From Candidatus Nealsonbacteria bacterium (GTDB lineage: Bacteria > Patescibacteriota > Minisyncoccia > Minisyncoccales > DAOVPY01), in assembly GCA_030628945.1 (NCBI GenBank), contig DAOVPY010000003.1:1297-65296 (forward strand): DNA of 64,000 nt. The letters run 5' to 3'. The notes under the pieces are model-generated. The model was given only the letters and a program-made list of their open reading frames with translations, was not told where the DNA came from and did no database searches. Positions 42,346-52,260 of this stretch are shown piece by piece (position 1 is the stretch's first letter; every line of letters begins with the position of its first letter). The position numbers were made by a program, and so were the translations under genes.

Positions 42346-43689
42346 CTATTTCTCTAAATTTCTAAAACTCGCTCGTTGTTCGTCAAAAAAGAGTTTAATT
42401 TGACCGGGCGGGCCGTTGCGGTGCTTGGCGATAATAATCTCCGCAATATTTTTAGGAGCGTCTTCCCGGTATTTGTCCGGTCTATGGATAAACAAAACTA
42501 CGTCGCTGTCTTGTTCAATTGCTCCGCTTTCTCGAAGGTCGGATAAGCGAGGTATTTGCGGCGAACGCTGCTCTACGGCCCTTGATAACTGCGATAAAGC
42601 CAGAACCGGAACATTAAGTTCCCTTGCCAGGGCTTTTAGAGAGCGAGAAACCTCGGTCATTTGTTGAACCATGCTTGTATTTGTATTTCTGGGCTCCATT
42701 AGTTGTAAATAGTCAACAATGATTAGACCCAGACCTTTGTCGGCTTGGAGCCGCCGGGCCATTGCTCTCATTTGGAGAATATTGGAAGTAGCGGCATCGT
42801 CAATAAAAATTGGCGCGTTTGATAAGCGGTCCATTGCCTGTTGGATGCTGGCAAAGTCATCATCTTTCAGTCGGCCGGTTCTTAACCGCCATAAATCAAT
42901 ATAAGCCATACTCGCCAGCAATCTATCTACCACCTGGTCTTTAGACATTTCCAAACTGAATATCCCTACCGGAGTTTTGTGAAAAACCGCGGCTGAGCGG
43001 GCGATATCAAGGGCTAAAGCTGATTTACCAAGGGATGGCCGCGAAGCTACAATAATCAGGTCGGCTTTTTGAAGCCCGGATAATTTGTTATCCAGGTCTG
43101 TGAAGCCGGTTGCAACTCCCCGCAATTGTCCTTGATGTTTTGACAGACGGTCAATTCTTTCAAAAGTTTCTTCCAGGGTTGCTTTAAGGGGCACAAAATT
43201 CTGGCTTAAAGAGCCCTGGGCAATGCCAAAAATTTTTCTTTCGGCCTGGTCAAGTAAAACATCAGAATCCTCGGCTTCATTATAACCCATTACGCCGATT
43301 TCATAACTCGCGCTTATTAAGTCCCTTAAAATCCTTTTATGCTGAACCATTTTAGCGTAATTCAGAACATGCGCTGCCGTGGGAACGGAATTTATCAATT
43401 CGGTAAGATAGCTGTTTTCGCCGATTTCTTCTAATTGGTTTTTTTCTTTCAGCCGGGTTGAAAGAGACAGCAAGTCAATTGGCTCTCTTCTTTCAAAAAG
43501 TTCCGCCATTGCCAGATAGATTTCTTTATGGATGTCTTTATAGAAATCTCGGGGCTGTAAAAAATCAACCACTTTAACAATAGCGTTTTTATCCAGCATC
43601 AAAGAGCCCAAAAGCGATACTTCCGCTTCAAGGCATTGAGGCGGCAATTTATCCGGCAATTCTTTGTTTTTTAAAACATCGCCGTTCAT
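42346..43689 (-). CDS. dnaB: Replicative DNA helicase DnaB
   Basis: N-terminal PPQCLEAEVSLLGS, Walker A SRPSLGKSALALD, and the RecA-like C-terminal domain. Confidence 0.95.
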   Translation of the reverse strand: MNGDVLKNKELPDKLPPQCLEAEVSLLGSLMLDKNAIVKVVDFLQPRDFYKDIHKEIYLAMAELFERREPIDLLSLSTRLKEKNQLEEIGENSYLTELINSVPTAAHVLNYAKMVQHKRILRDLISASYEIGVMGYNEAEDSDVLLDQAERKIFGIAQGSLSQNFVPLKATLEETFERIDRLSKHQGQLRGVATGFTDLDNKLSGLQKADLIIVASRPSLGKSALALDIARSAAVFHKTPVGIFSLEMSKDQVVDRLLASMAYIDLWRLRTGRLKDDDFASIQQAMDRLSNAPIFIDDAATSNILQMRAMARRLQADKGLGLIIVDYLQLMEPRNTNTSMVQQMTEVSRSLKALARELNVPVLALSQLSRAVEQRSPQIPRLSDLRESGAIEQDSDVVLFIHRPDKYREDAPKNIAEIIIAKHRNGPPGQIKLFFDEQRASFRNLEK

Positions 43690-43712
43690 ATTTATAATCT
43701 ACATAATTTTTG

Positions 43713-45110
43713 TTATTTTTTCAAGGCCTTTGGCCCCTTTTTCGTATCCTCAATCTGATAGCCCATTTTTTTAATTTTTGCGCGGATTTCATCGGATTTT
43801 TGCCAGTTTTTTTGTCGGCGAAATTTCTCGCGCTGTTCAGCGAGTTTTTTTATTTCTTGCGGAATTTTTTCGCTTTTTATTTTGCGCAAATCCAAACTAA
43901 AAACCCTGTCAAAATCTTTTAAAAGTTTGTATTTTTCTTGAGGCGAAATTTTTTTATCTTTAATCATTTGCCACATCAAAGCCAGGGCTTTGGGCATATT
44001 AAGGTCGTCCTGAATAAAATTTAAAAATTTTTTCCGATAATCAATCTGGGGGAGGACAGACCTCCCACAGATTAAAGGAGGACAGACCTCCCCTAATTTT
44101 GTTATTTTTTGATAGAGATTGTTCAAAGAATTTTGCGCTCCTTTTAGCGCCTCTATGGAAAAGGTTAATTTTGAGCGATAATGAACGCCGAGGCAAAGAT
44201 AACGGAAAGCAAGAGGATTAAAGCCGCGCTTAATCAGATTTTCTAAAGTAATAATGTTTCCTTCGGATTTTCCCATTCTGCCGTCTTTCAAAACCAGAAA
44301 TTCGCCATGAAGCCAAAAATTAGCTAAAATTTTTCCAAAAGCCGCTTCTGCCTGCGCGATTTCATTGGGATGATGGATTGAAATGTGGTCAATGGCTCCG
44401 CAGTGAATATCAAAAGGAATGCCTAAATTTTTAATTCCCATCACCACGCATTCGGTATGCCAGCCCGGAAATCCGATTCCCCAGGGCGAGTTCCATTCCA
44501 TTTGCCTTTTTGTTTCTTTTGGCGAGAATTTCCACAAGGCAAAATCAGTTGGATTCTTCTTGCCGCATACCATTGCTACTCTGGTCCCGGCTTTTAACGT
44601 AATTTTTTTGTTCCCCCGCAGCCGGCCATAGGTTTTAAGTTTAGAAGTATCAAAATAAATTCCGTCTTGAATTTTATAAGTAAATCCTTTCTTCTCCAAA
44701 ATTTTGATTAAGTCAATCTGCTCTTTTATGGTAGCAGTGGCTTTCACCCAAACATTTGGCGGCTTTATATTTAATTGTTTAAGGTCTTTTTTGAAGGCCG
44801 TAGTATAAAATTCCGCAATTTCCCAGACCGTTTTTTTTTCTCTTTTCGCGCCTTTTTCTAATTTGTCTTCGCCGGTATCGGCGTCAGAGGTTAAATGGCC
44901 AACATCCGTAATATTCATTGTGTGTTTTATTTTATAGCCGTTATATTCCAAAACCCTTTTCAAAATATCCTCAAAAATATAAGTTCGTAGATTTCCAATA
45001 TGGGCAAACCAATAAACCGTGGGCCCGCAAGTGTAAAGCCCTGCTCGTTTGTTTTTCAGTGGTTTAAAAATTTGTTTTTTGCGAATTAGGGTATTGTAAA
45101 ATTTTAACAT
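43713..45110 (-). CDS. cysS: Cysteine--tRNA ligase
   Basis: HIGH-type [13 protein letters not shown]-type [13 protein letters not shown] zinc site. Start taken at MLKFYNT. Confidence 0.9.
   Translation of the reverse strand: MLKFYNTLIRKKQIFKPLKNKRAGLYTCGPTVYWFAHIGNLRTYIFEDILKRVLEYNGYKIKHTMNITDVGHLTSDADTGEDKLEKGAKREKKTVWEIAEFYTTAFKKDLKQLNIKPPNVWVKATATIKEQIDLIKILEKKGFTYKIQDGIYFDTSKLKTYGRLRGNKKITLKAGTRVAMVCGKKNPTDFALWKFSPKETKRQMEWNSPWGIGFPGWHTECVVMGIKNLGIPFDIHCGAIDHISIHHPNEIAQAEAAFGKILANFWLHGEFLVLKDGRMGKSEGNIITLENLIKRGFNPLAFRYLCLGVHYRSKLTFSIEALKGAQNSLNNLYQKITKLGEVCPPLICGRSVLPQIDYRKKFLNFIQDDLNMPKALALMWQMIKDKKISPQEKYKLLKDFDRVFSLDLRKIKSEKIPQEIKKLAEQREKFRRQKNWQKSDEIRAKIKKMGYQIEDTKKGPKALKK
44048..44093. 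repeat. Two copies of a 16-nt hairpin (ggaggacagacctccc), 26 nt apart, inside cysS
   Basis: Copies at 44051-44066 and 44077-44092. They are read in two different frames as GEVCPP and GRSVLP. Confidence 0.75.
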
Positions 45111-45180
45111 CAATTTTATTATAGCTTTTTTTTGAAAGCTTGTCGCCATTGACAAATTTTACGAAGGTAGTATACTAAAA

Positions 45181-45303
45181 ATGGTGGTAAGTATGAAAGA
45201 AGAAGAAGAAATTTTCGTTGTTTACGCCGCCGGTCAGGCTTTTTACGGTAAAACTATGGCGGAGGCGGAAGAGAAAAGAAGAAAGTACACAGAAGGACGG
45301 TAG
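45181..45303 (+). CDS. Possible small protein (40 aa)
   Basis: Own translation: MVVSMKEEEEIFVVYAAGQAFYGKTMAEAEEKRRKYTEGR. The ATG lies 4 nt after a TATACT -10-like box, matching the local short-leader pattern. Confidence 0.25.
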   Translation: MVVSMKEEEEIFVVYAAGQAFYGKTMAEAEEKRRKYTEGR

Positions 45304-45418
45304 TATAACTCAAAGGGAATGATAAAAATAAAAACAAGAAGAGGGAACGCAAGTTCTCTCATATTTTTTGTTTTTTCAAAGATTTTGAGTTATGATGTAA
45401 AAACAAACAAGGAAAAAT

Positions 45419-47152
45419 ATGGAAGCTCTTGGAGAATTTAAAATTATTTGGGGATATCTGAAAAAATACAAAAAAGAGGTGCGAAAGCTCGCGGTTTTCG
45501 CTGTGGCAAGTTCGGCAATTACCGCTGTTATCCCTTATATTTACGGAAGATTAGTGGATTTGGTCTCTGTCCAGGCGTTTGAACTGAATTTTATTTTCGC
45601 GCTTTTGGGAATATGGCTCTTAATGAGCATAGTTTCCTCTCTTTTCACTAAAATCGTTGACCAGCGAGGAAGCTTTTTAGGAGCCGATATTTCCAATGAC
45701 TTGGTTTGCGAAACCGCGGAACATATTATCGCGCTTCCGATGAGATTTCATAAAGAAAAAAGCATTGGCAATATCTTTTCCAAAATTGAAAGAAGCGCCT
45801 CTAACCTCAGACGGATTACGCATCAAATTGTTTTTTGGTCTCTACCTCAATTTCTTACTGTTTTTATAGGTCTGTTAATATTGTTCCTTGCGGAACCGCT
45901 GTTAGCTTTAGCTGCCATACTTTTATTTTTAGGTTATATCGCAATCACCCTTTACAAAACAAATCCCATTATCGCAACCCAGAAAAAATTAAACCAAACC
46001 TCTGAAAATGTGGCGGGAAATCTTTCCGACGGTCTTCTGAACATCCACACAATCCAATCCTCCGCTGCTGAAGATTTTCAAAAAGCGAGAACTGAAAAAG
46101 ATTACCACGAAAAATTAGGCGGGGTCTTTAAGGATTATTTTCAGCTATGGGCGTCTTTAAGTTTTTGGCAAGATATCTTTTTTTCTCTTGGTTTTCTCGG
46201 GATATTTTCCCTGTCTCTTTTTCTTTTGCGAGATAATTTAATTACGCCGGGAAAGTTAGTAATGTTTTTGGGCTATTTGAATATCTTATACGCTCCTCTG
46301 TCTAATTTGGCCTGGCAGTGGGAGCATTTCAAAACCGGAATAACCACCATTAAAAGAGTAAGAGAACTTGTAGCGATAAAGCCGGAAAACTACAATCCCA
46401 AAGGCAAAATTTTGGAACGAATGGCGGGAAAAATAGAGTTTAAAAATACTGAATTTGGCTATAGAAAAAGCCGTCTGATTTTAACAAACATTAATTTCAT
46501 TGCCGAACCCGGACAAAAAATCGCTATTGTGGGCGGCAGCGGCGAAGGGAAAACAACCTTGGTTGATTTGATTTCTCTTTATTTTGTCCCTACCAAAGGA
46601 AAGATATTGCTGGACGGAACAGATATCAGAAAAATAAATCTTCGGTTTTTGAGAAAAATAATCGCTTATGTGCCGCAGGAAATAATTTTATTCAACGATA
46701 CGATTAAAAACAATATCCGCTACGGAAAACCAGGGGCTACGGACGCAGAAATTAAACAAGCCGCAATGGCTTCTTACGCCGCGCGTTTTATTGAAAAACT
46801 TCCAAAGAAATACGACCAATTGGTGGGGGAGCGGGGAGTGAAACTTTCCGGGGGACAAAAACAGCGTCTTGCCATTGCCCGGGCATTAATCAGAAATCCT
46901 AAAATTTTAATTTTAGACGAAGCAACATCGTCTTTGGACGTGGAGTCGGAAAAATTGGTTCAGGAAGCGCTGGAAAAATTAATAAAGGGAAGAACGACTT
47001 TTATTATTGCCCATCGTTTAAGCACCGTAAGAAGCGCGGATAAAATTTTGGTTTTGGAGAAAGGCAGAATTGTTGAGCAGGGAACCCATCAAGAACTTAT
47101 TAAAAACAAAGGCGCTTACTTCAAATTCTACTCCCTTCAATTTCAAACCTGA
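45419..47152 (+). CDS. ABC exporter, fused permease/ATPase (MsbA-like)
   Basis: 6-TM N-terminal domain, Walker A GGSGEGKTT, signature LSGGQKQR, Walker B ILILDEATS. Confidence 0.9.
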   Translation: MEALGEFKIIWGYLKKYKKEVRKLAVFAVASSAITAVIPYIYGRLVDLVSVQAFELNFIFALLGIWLLMSIVSSLFTKIVDQRGSFLGADISNDLVCETAEHIIALPMRFHKEKSIGNIFSKIERSASNLRRITHQIVFWSLPQFLTVFIGLLILFLAEPLLALAAILLFLGYIAITLYKTNPIIATQKKLNQTSENVAGNLSDGLLNIHTIQSSAAEDFQKARTEKDYHEKLGGVFKDYFQLWASLSFWQDIFFSLGFLGIFSLSLFLLRDNLITPGKLVMFLGYLNILYAPLSNLAWQWEHFKTGITTIKRVRELVAIKPENYNPKGKILERMAGKIEFKNTEFGYRKSRLILTNINFIAEPGQKIAIVGGSGEGKTTLVDLISLYFVPTKGKILLDGTDIRKINLRFLRKIIAYVPQEIILFNDTIKNNIRYGKPGATDAEIKQAAMASYAARFIEKLPKKYDQLVGERGVKLSGGQKQRLAIARALIRNPKILILDEATSSLDVESEKLVQEALEKLIKGRTTFIIAHRLSTVRSADKILVLEKGRIVEQGTHQELIKNKGAYFKFYSLQFQT

Positions 47153-47170
47153 TTTTAAAATTTTATTAGT

Positions 47171-47210
47171 AACCAAAAAACGCCTCAACCTCAAGGCGTT
47201 TTTTTTGGTT
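47171..47210. terminator. Bidirectional hairpin terminator
   Basis: aaccaaaaaacgcct-caacctca-aggcgttttttttggtt. Confidence 0.8.
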
Positions 47211-47244
47211 TTTCCCGGACTACTTGAATTGCTTAAATTTTGTA

Positions 47245-47316
47245 AGCCAGAGAGAGGAATCGAACCCCCAACCTATGGTTTACAAAACCATTGCTCTGCC
47301 ATTGAGCTACCCTGGC
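47245..47316 (-). tRNA. tRNA-Thr (TGT)
   Basis: Manual fold of the reverse complement. Acceptor gccaggg/ctctggc (one G-U pair), D-arm agctcaatggcagagc, anticodon stem atggt/accat with loop ttTGTaa, T-loop ttcgatt. Confidence 0.8.
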
Positions 47317-47321
47317 CCATT

Positions 47322-47687
47322 TTATTTTTTATTTTTTTTAACTTTTTCCAAGGAACCGGATTTTACTGAATTCTTCAACTCTTGCCAATAGTTGTCATTG
47401 TGTGAATTTTCGGGTTTTTGCTGCAATTGTTCCAGCCAGCCGCTGATTTGATTTTCGGTTTTTAAGGTCAAAATTTTGCCGCGCCGAAGGAATTTTTGTA
47501 AAAAATTTTCCAAAGATAAGGATTGAAGGAAATGGTTTTTTTCTACCTGTTTCTTTATAATTTTCAATAAAGAAAGTTCTTTTTCCCTGGGGGAGGTTTC
47601 TGCTAAAGATGGAATTTTGGGCAGTAAAATTGCCGCTATGCCCGATAAGCTGCCCAACAAAATTGTCGCGGCAATTAACTCTATCAT
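47322..47687 (-). CDS. Hypothetical membrane-anchored protein
   Basis: N-terminal TM IELIAATILLGSLSGIAAILL. Overlaps the tsf stop by 4 nt. Confidence 0.5.
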   Translation of the reverse strand: MIELIAATILLGSLSGIAAILLPKIPSLAETSPREKELSLLKIIKKQVEKNHFLQSLSLENFLQKFLRRGKILTLKTENQISGWLEQLQQKPENSHNDNYWQELKNSVKSGSLEKVKKNKK

Positions 47688-48268
47688 ATTTCGTATCTCG
47701 CAAATTTTTTAATTACTATGTTTTCTCCCAACTTAGCGATGTATTCATTGATTATTTCCTGGACGGTTTTATTCGGATTTTTCACAAAGGGCTGAGTCAA
47801 TAAAGAGATTTCTTCTTTATATTTTTTGAGTTTTCCCTGGATAATCTGTTCTATAATCTTTTTCGGTTTGCCGCTTTTGGCAAATTGTTCTTGATATATT
47901 TCTTTTTCCCCTCTTAAAATTTCTTCTGAAATATCTTCCGGCTTAATATAATAGGGCTTCATTCCGGCAATATGCAGGGATAAATTATGAACCAGGGTTT
48001 TGAAGTCCTGAGAGCGGGCAACAAAATCGCTCTCGCAGCGAACATCAATCAGCGTCCCGATTTTTTTATTGGGATGTATGTAGCTTTCAATGATTCCCTG
48101 TTTTGCCTCTTTTGCGCTTTTTTTCCCTGCCAATTCCTGGCCCCATTTTCTTAAGACCTCTTTTGCTTTTTCCATATCGCCGTTGCTTTTCTCTAAGGCC
48201 TTTTTACACTCAATAATTGAGACATCGGTTTCCTCCCGCAATTGTTTAATTTGGTCTATGGTTGGCAT
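47684..48268 (-). CDS. tsf: Elongation factor Ts (short form)
   Basis: UBA-like N-terminus IKQLREETDVSIIECKKALEKSNGDMEKAKEVLRKWG. Confidence 0.9.
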   Translation of the reverse strand: MPTIDQIKQLREETDVSIIECKKALEKSNGDMEKAKEVLRKWGQELAGKKSAKEAKQGIIESYIHPNKKIGTLIDVRCESDFVARSQDFKTLVHNLSLHIAGMKPYYIKPEDISEEILRGEKEIYQEQFAKSGKPKKIIEQIIQGKLKKYKEEISLLTQPFVKNPNKTVQEIINEYIAKLGENIVIKKFARYEI

Positions 48269-48280
48269 AAAATTTAGAAC

Positions 48281-49015
48281 CTAATTTTTAGGTTGTTTTA
48301 CTTTTGCTTTTTTTATTACTTCGGCCGCCTTCTCAAGTATGTACTTCACAGACGAGATGGCGTCGTCGTTAGCCGGGATAGGGTAATCAACAAGGGTCGG
48401 GTCAACATTGGTATCGCAGATTCCAATACTTTTTATTCCCTTCATTCGCGCTTCTTTAACTACAAGTTTGTCTTTTCTTATATCCAAAACAAAAACAGCG
48501 TCCGGCAGCCGGTCAAGGGTTTTAATGCCCTCAAACTTTGTTTTTAATTTCTGAAATTCTTTCTCAATTTTTATTCTTTCTTTTTTAGTGTATTTTTCCA
48601 GCTTTCCTTCGGCTTTTTCTTTTTCTAAGTTCTTGAAGTAGTCAACCCTTTTAAGGATGGTTCCCAAATTAGTAAGAGTTCCCCCCAACCATCTTTCATT
48701 GACATAAGGCAAACCGCATTTTTGGGCAGTATCTTTTACCAAATCCTTTATTTGAATTTTAGTCCCCACTAAAAGAATAATTTTGCCTTCGGAAACAAGG
48801 GTATGAATGAACTTTAAGGCATCTTTTAACTTCTCAGCCGTTTTCTCCAAGTCAATAATGTGGATAGTGTTTTTAACTCCCTCAATATACGGCTTCATTT
48901 TTGGATGGACTCGCGAAGCGCGATGACCCAAATGCACCCCGGCTTTCTCCATTTTTTCCGGATCAATGTTAAATTTATCTATTTGTTTTTCTTTTTTTTG
49001 TTTTTCCGCCATCAA
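48281..49015 (-). CDS. rpsB: 30S ribosomal protein S2
   Basis: AGVHLGHRASRVHPKM...ERWLGGTLTN... Confidence 0.95.
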   Translation of the reverse strand: MMAEKQKKEKQIDKFNIDPEKMEKAGVHLGHRASRVHPKMKPYIEGVKNTIHIIDLEKTAEKLKDALKFIHTLVSEGKIILLVGTKIQIKDLVKDTAQKCGLPYVNERWLGGTLTNLGTILKRVDYFKNLEKEKAEGKLEKYTKKERIKIEKEFQKLKTKFEGIKTLDRLPDAVFVLDIRKDKLVVKEARMKGIKSIGICDTNVDPTLVDYPIPANDDAISSVKYILEKAAEVIKKAKVKQPKN

Positions 49016-49065
49016 TTTTTAATATATCACTCTTAAAAAAATAAATCAACACCCCCCACACCTAA

Positions 49066-49662
49066 TTAGGTGTGGGAGTCTATTCTGCGGACGTACTCAT
49101 GAGTTTCAGTGTTTATCTCAATAAGGTCGCTTTCTTTAATAAATAAAGGCGCGTTTATTTTGGCGTTGGTTTCCAGGGTAATAGTTTTTGTTCCGGGCTG
49201 GGAGCGCGCGCCCTGGATCCCGGGCGGCGCTTCAATAACTTTTAACGTAATTTTTATGGGCAGAGAAATGTTGATAATCTCATCTCTGTATTTCAAAATT
49301 TCTACTATTTGATTCGGCTTAAGAAATTTAGATTGTTCGTGAATTTGGTTTTCATCAATCTCAAATCTTGGAGAAGGACATTGCCCTGAGTTTGCCGAAG
49401 GGTTTTCTTCAGAGAAAATAAACTTTTTCCTATGGGAATATAAAAATTTTGCTTTTGTTTTTTCAATTTCCGCTTCTTCAAATTCATCAGAAGGATGAAA
49501 AGTCCGCGATACAACATTGTTGCTAATCAAATTTTTCAGTTTCGTTTGCAAAACCGAATGCCCCCGTCCCTTAAAAAGACGCGAGGCCTCAATTATCTCA
49601 TAGGGCTGTTTGTCTATAATAATGGTTATTCCCTTTTGCAGTTCGTTGAAAGCTATTGACAT
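49066..49662 (-). CDS. efp: Elongation factor P (Arg at the loop tip; extra GC-rich segment)
   Basis: KOW/OB architecture. Loop LFKGRGHSV aligns with KPGKGQAF of E. coli EF-P as recalled. An extra ENPSANSGQCPSPR segment is present. Confidence 0.85.
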   Translation of the reverse strand: MSIAFNELQKGITIIIDKQPYEIIEASRLFKGRGHSVLQTKLKNLISNNVVSRTFHPSDEFEEAEIEKTKAKFLYSHRKKFIFSEENPSANSGQCPSPRFEIDENQIHEQSKFLKPNQIVEILKYRDEIINISLPIKITLKVIEAPPGIQGARSQPGTKTITLETNAKINAPLFIKESDLIEINTETHEYVRRIDSHT

Positions 49663-49705
49663 ATTGATAACTAATATGCTATTATTTTTTAGAGGTAAAA
49701 TAAAA

Positions 49706-49834
49706 ATGGCAAAACATGCAGGTATGGATGATTTTGGTGATTTGCCAACAGTAACGCCAGTTGTTAAGGCGTTCGTCGGAGTTGTGGTCGCCGCGATAGT
49801 AATTGGAGCAGTTTTGTATTCCGGAGTTTTTTAA
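49706..49834 (+). CDS. Possible small membrane protein (42 aa)
   Basis: MAKHAGMDDFGDLPTVTPVVKAFVGVVVAAIVIGAVLYSGVF, with one TM helix. An agagg sequence lies upstream. Confidence 0.35.
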   Translation: MAKHAGMDDFGDLPTVTPVVKAFVGVVVAAIVIGAVLYSGVF

Positions 49835-49861
49835 AAACAAGAGAGGTAAAAAAAAATAAAG

Positions 49862-49896
49862 AAAAGAGTTGAGCGCGTTGTGCTAACTCTTTTTTA
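49862..49896. terminator. Hairpin terminator between convergent genes
   Basis: aaaagagtt...aactctttt followed by a T-run. Confidence 0.6.
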
Positions 49897-50367
49897 TTTG
49901 ATGGTTCGCCACTCAATTTCCGATTCTTTGTCCGCAAATTCCAGCCAGTCGCCGTTTTTGTCAATCACAAACCATTTTCTTTTTGTTTCGCTCCAAACCA
50001 TAGGATTATTTAAGTAAAAGGGCTTTTTAATCACTTCTTTTGGCTTGAGCCGGTCCAATTCCAGCCATTTTTTGAATACGGTCTCAATAGCGTAATCCAG
50101 GTTTCTGGATTTTGCCCAGTCCGCCACTATGGTAATGGCCTTTTTCGCTTTTTCAATAGAGCCTGCTAATTCTAACAATTGTTTCGCTGGTTTGGTAAAT
50201 CTTGAATAAATAATTTTTTTCTTTTTCGCGTCTTTTTTAATTTTTTCCAAACTCAAACCTTTGCTGTAAAAATAATGGTTAACCACTTTTTGGATAGAGG
50301 TCTCTTTTATTTTTTCCTTTCCTTTCTTTTTCAACTTTTTAATTTTGCTTTTTGATTTATTTTTCAT
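49894..50367 (-). CDS. Hypothetical protein with Lys-rich N-terminus
   Basis: 157 aa. Its start overlaps the end of the AMMECR1 gene by 11 nt. No domain recognised. Confidence 0.5.
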   Translation of the reverse strand: MKNKSKSKIKKLKKKGKEKIKETSIQKVVNHYFYSKGLSLEKIKKDAKKKKIIYSRFTKPAKQLLELAGSIEKAKKAITIVADWAKSRNLDYAIETVFKKWLELDRLKPKEVIKKPFYLNNPMVWSETKRKWFVIDKNGDWLEFADKESEIEWRTIK

Positions 50368-50908
50368 ACTTTTCCGTGGTGAATTTGTAAATTATTATTT
50401 TTTCTTGTTCAAAATTAATATTGGCTTTCTGGCAGGCAATGGAAATCTGTTGTTCTGCTGTGTCTATCCCTTGTAAATCCGGAAGCAAAAGCCCGGATTT
50501 TGACGCGCTTTTTATAATAATACCATATTTTTTAGGATTTAATTCTTTTATGTCTTTCACTAATTCCGGCTCGCTTAAAATATAAACAGTGTAAGACAGA
50601 AAGGGGAGTTCTTTGGGTTGGATTGGTTCAAAGCGATAATCTTCAACAGCCGCGGCAATGGCGTTATGAATAATCTCTTGCGCGATATTTTCTTTTATTG
50701 GCAGATAAGTGCCAATACACCCTCGCAAAATTCGCTGCGGCTCATCGCGGGGCGCGCTCTGTAAATTTTCGTTTTTTTCAATGGTTACAAAAACCCCGGA
50801 TTTTCTATTCAAAAATTCCTTTGGCAAATCAATCGGCAGAGAAATAATTTTTCCCTCTCGGATATAATGCTCCGCCGCTGATTTGGCAAGTAAAACATAT
50901 TGGTTCAT
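50357..50908 (-). CDS. AMMECR1 domain protein
   Basis: LRGCIGTY motif and AMMECR1-like length. Confidence 0.8.
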   Translation of the reverse strand: MNQYVLLAKSAAEHYIREGKIISLPIDLPKEFLNRKSGVFVTIEKNENLQSAPRDEPQRILRGCIGTYLPIKENIAQEIIHNAIAAAVEDYRFEPIQPKELPFLSYTVYILSEPELVKDIKELNPKKYGIIIKSASKSGLLLPDLQGIDTAEQQISIACQKANINFEQEKIIIYKFTTEKYEK

Positions 50909-51104
50909 GAATTTATTTATTTTACAATGCTTTTAGCGAATAGAAAAGGGCTTGACTTATTAAACATAAAAATTATATAATAACCCTAAAGTCAATAAGT
51001 CGAAGTATCTTAGGAAGGTTTTTGATTTCTTAAATTAGGAACTCAAATAAGTAAAACGGCTTATAGTCATAAAGGTCGTTTTGCTTATTAACTAATGTAT
51101 CATT

Positions 51105-51293
51105 ATGGTATTCAAAAAATTTGACGACCAGCCTCGGAGAGATTTTACTCCCAGGCCAATGGTCAAAGGAAATTGGAAATGCGCGGATTGCGGAAAAGAG
51201 ATAACCGAGCTTCCGTTTGAACCGGCTCCTGACAGGCCAATCTACTGCAGGGAGTGCTGGCAGAAGAAAAGAGCCCAGAGATTTGACCGCTAA
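51105..51293 (+). CDS. Small zinc-ribbon protein (CxxC-x18-CxxC)
   Basis: CADCGKEITELPFEPAPDRPIYCRECW, resembling the CxxC-x17-CxxC family. Confidence 0.65.
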   Translation: MVFKKFDDQPRRDFTPRPMVKGNWKCADCGKEITELPFEPAPDRPIYCRECWQKKRAQRFDR

Positions 51294-51310
51294 CATTATA
51301 TCCAAAAAAC

Positions 51311-51340
51311 AAAATTCCGCTGAAAGCGGGATTTTGTTTT
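51311..51340. terminator. Bidirectional hairpin terminator with CCGC-TGAAA-GCGG apex
   Basis: aaaattccgc-tgaaa-gcgggatttt followed by gtttt. Confidence 0.8.
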
Positions 51341-51345
51341 AAAAA

Positions 51346-52236
51346 TCAGTCCAACCGCAATTTCAGCCCATTGAATATTTTTTCAATCTCTTTTTTAGCT
51401 TTTAAGTTTGTCTCTAAAATTGGAGTTAAATTGGAAATAGCTTTAAAGATTTGTTTATCATAAGAGATTTTGCCTAAAAACTTGCTTTTAGTCCATTTTT
51501 CCATTTTACTGCTTAATTGAGGATTAATATCCCATTTATTAATAACTAAACTCCATGGGATGTTAAAATGATTAACTACTTCTAAAACCCTTTTTAAATC
51601 AGAAAATCCGGAAGGAGTGGGCTCGGTAATCAAAATAGCAAGATTTGCGCCTTGCAGAGAAGCAATAACCGGACAGCCGGTTCCGGGCGCGGAATCAATG
51701 AGCATTAAATCGTACTTAAATTTCTCGGCTTGTTTTTTAATTTCAGCAACCACCTTGCCGGAGCCGCTCTCGCCCGGAAAAAGGTTCCCTGAAATCAAAG
51801 GAAAATCATATTTTAAGTTTAGAATTTTAATTTCACCATTTTGAACGGGTTTTAATTTTATCGCCTTTTGAGGGCAAATAACTTCGCAAGCGCCGCAACC
51901 CTCGCAAAGAAATTGATTTAATCGGGGCCTCCCATTTTTTAAGGACAAGGCATGAAACCTACAATTTTTAACGCATAGCCCGCAAGCGTTGCACTTTTTG
52001 TAATCGATTTCCGGCCTTGCAGAAGCGATCACTGGAATAGTTTTATCCCTTTCCCTTTTCGCCGAGGAGGGGTCAAGACCCAGCCAAATTGCCAAATTGG
52101 GAGCGTCAGCGTCGCAATCCACAGCCACTATCTTTTTGGTCTTGGCAAAAAGCATTGCCAAGGCAGAACACAACATTGATTTTCCAACCCCGCCCTTTCC
52201 CGATGCAATAACTAATTTTCGTTTTGATTTTTTCAT
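51346..52236 (-). CDS. MinD/ParA-type P-loop ATPase with inserted 2x[4Fe-4S] ferredoxin domain
   Basis: Deviant Walker A ASGKGGVGKS; CNACGLCVKNC and CEGCGACEVICP. Confidence 0.8.
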   Translation of the reverse strand: MKKSKRKLVIASGKGGVGKSMLCSALAMLFAKTKKIVAVDCDADAPNLAIWLGLDPSSAKRERDKTIPVIASARPEIDYKKCNACGLCVKNCRFHALSLKNGRPRLNQFLCEGCGACEVICPQKAIKLKPVQNGEIKILNLKYDFPLISGNLFPGESGSGKVVAEIKKQAEKFKYDLMLIDSAPGTGCPVIASLQGANLAILITEPTPSGFSDLKRVLEVVNHFNIPWSLVINKWDINPQLSSKMEKWTKSKFLGKISYDKQIFKAISNLTPILETNLKAKKEIEKIFNGLKLRLD

Positions 52237-52260
52237 TGTTTAAGCACGGGCTTTAAACAC

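Noticed and set aside
47070-47369. A 99-aa plus-strand ORF.
   Set aside because: It overlaps the ABC transporter 3' end, a bidirectional terminator and tRNA-Thr(TGT) on the other strand.
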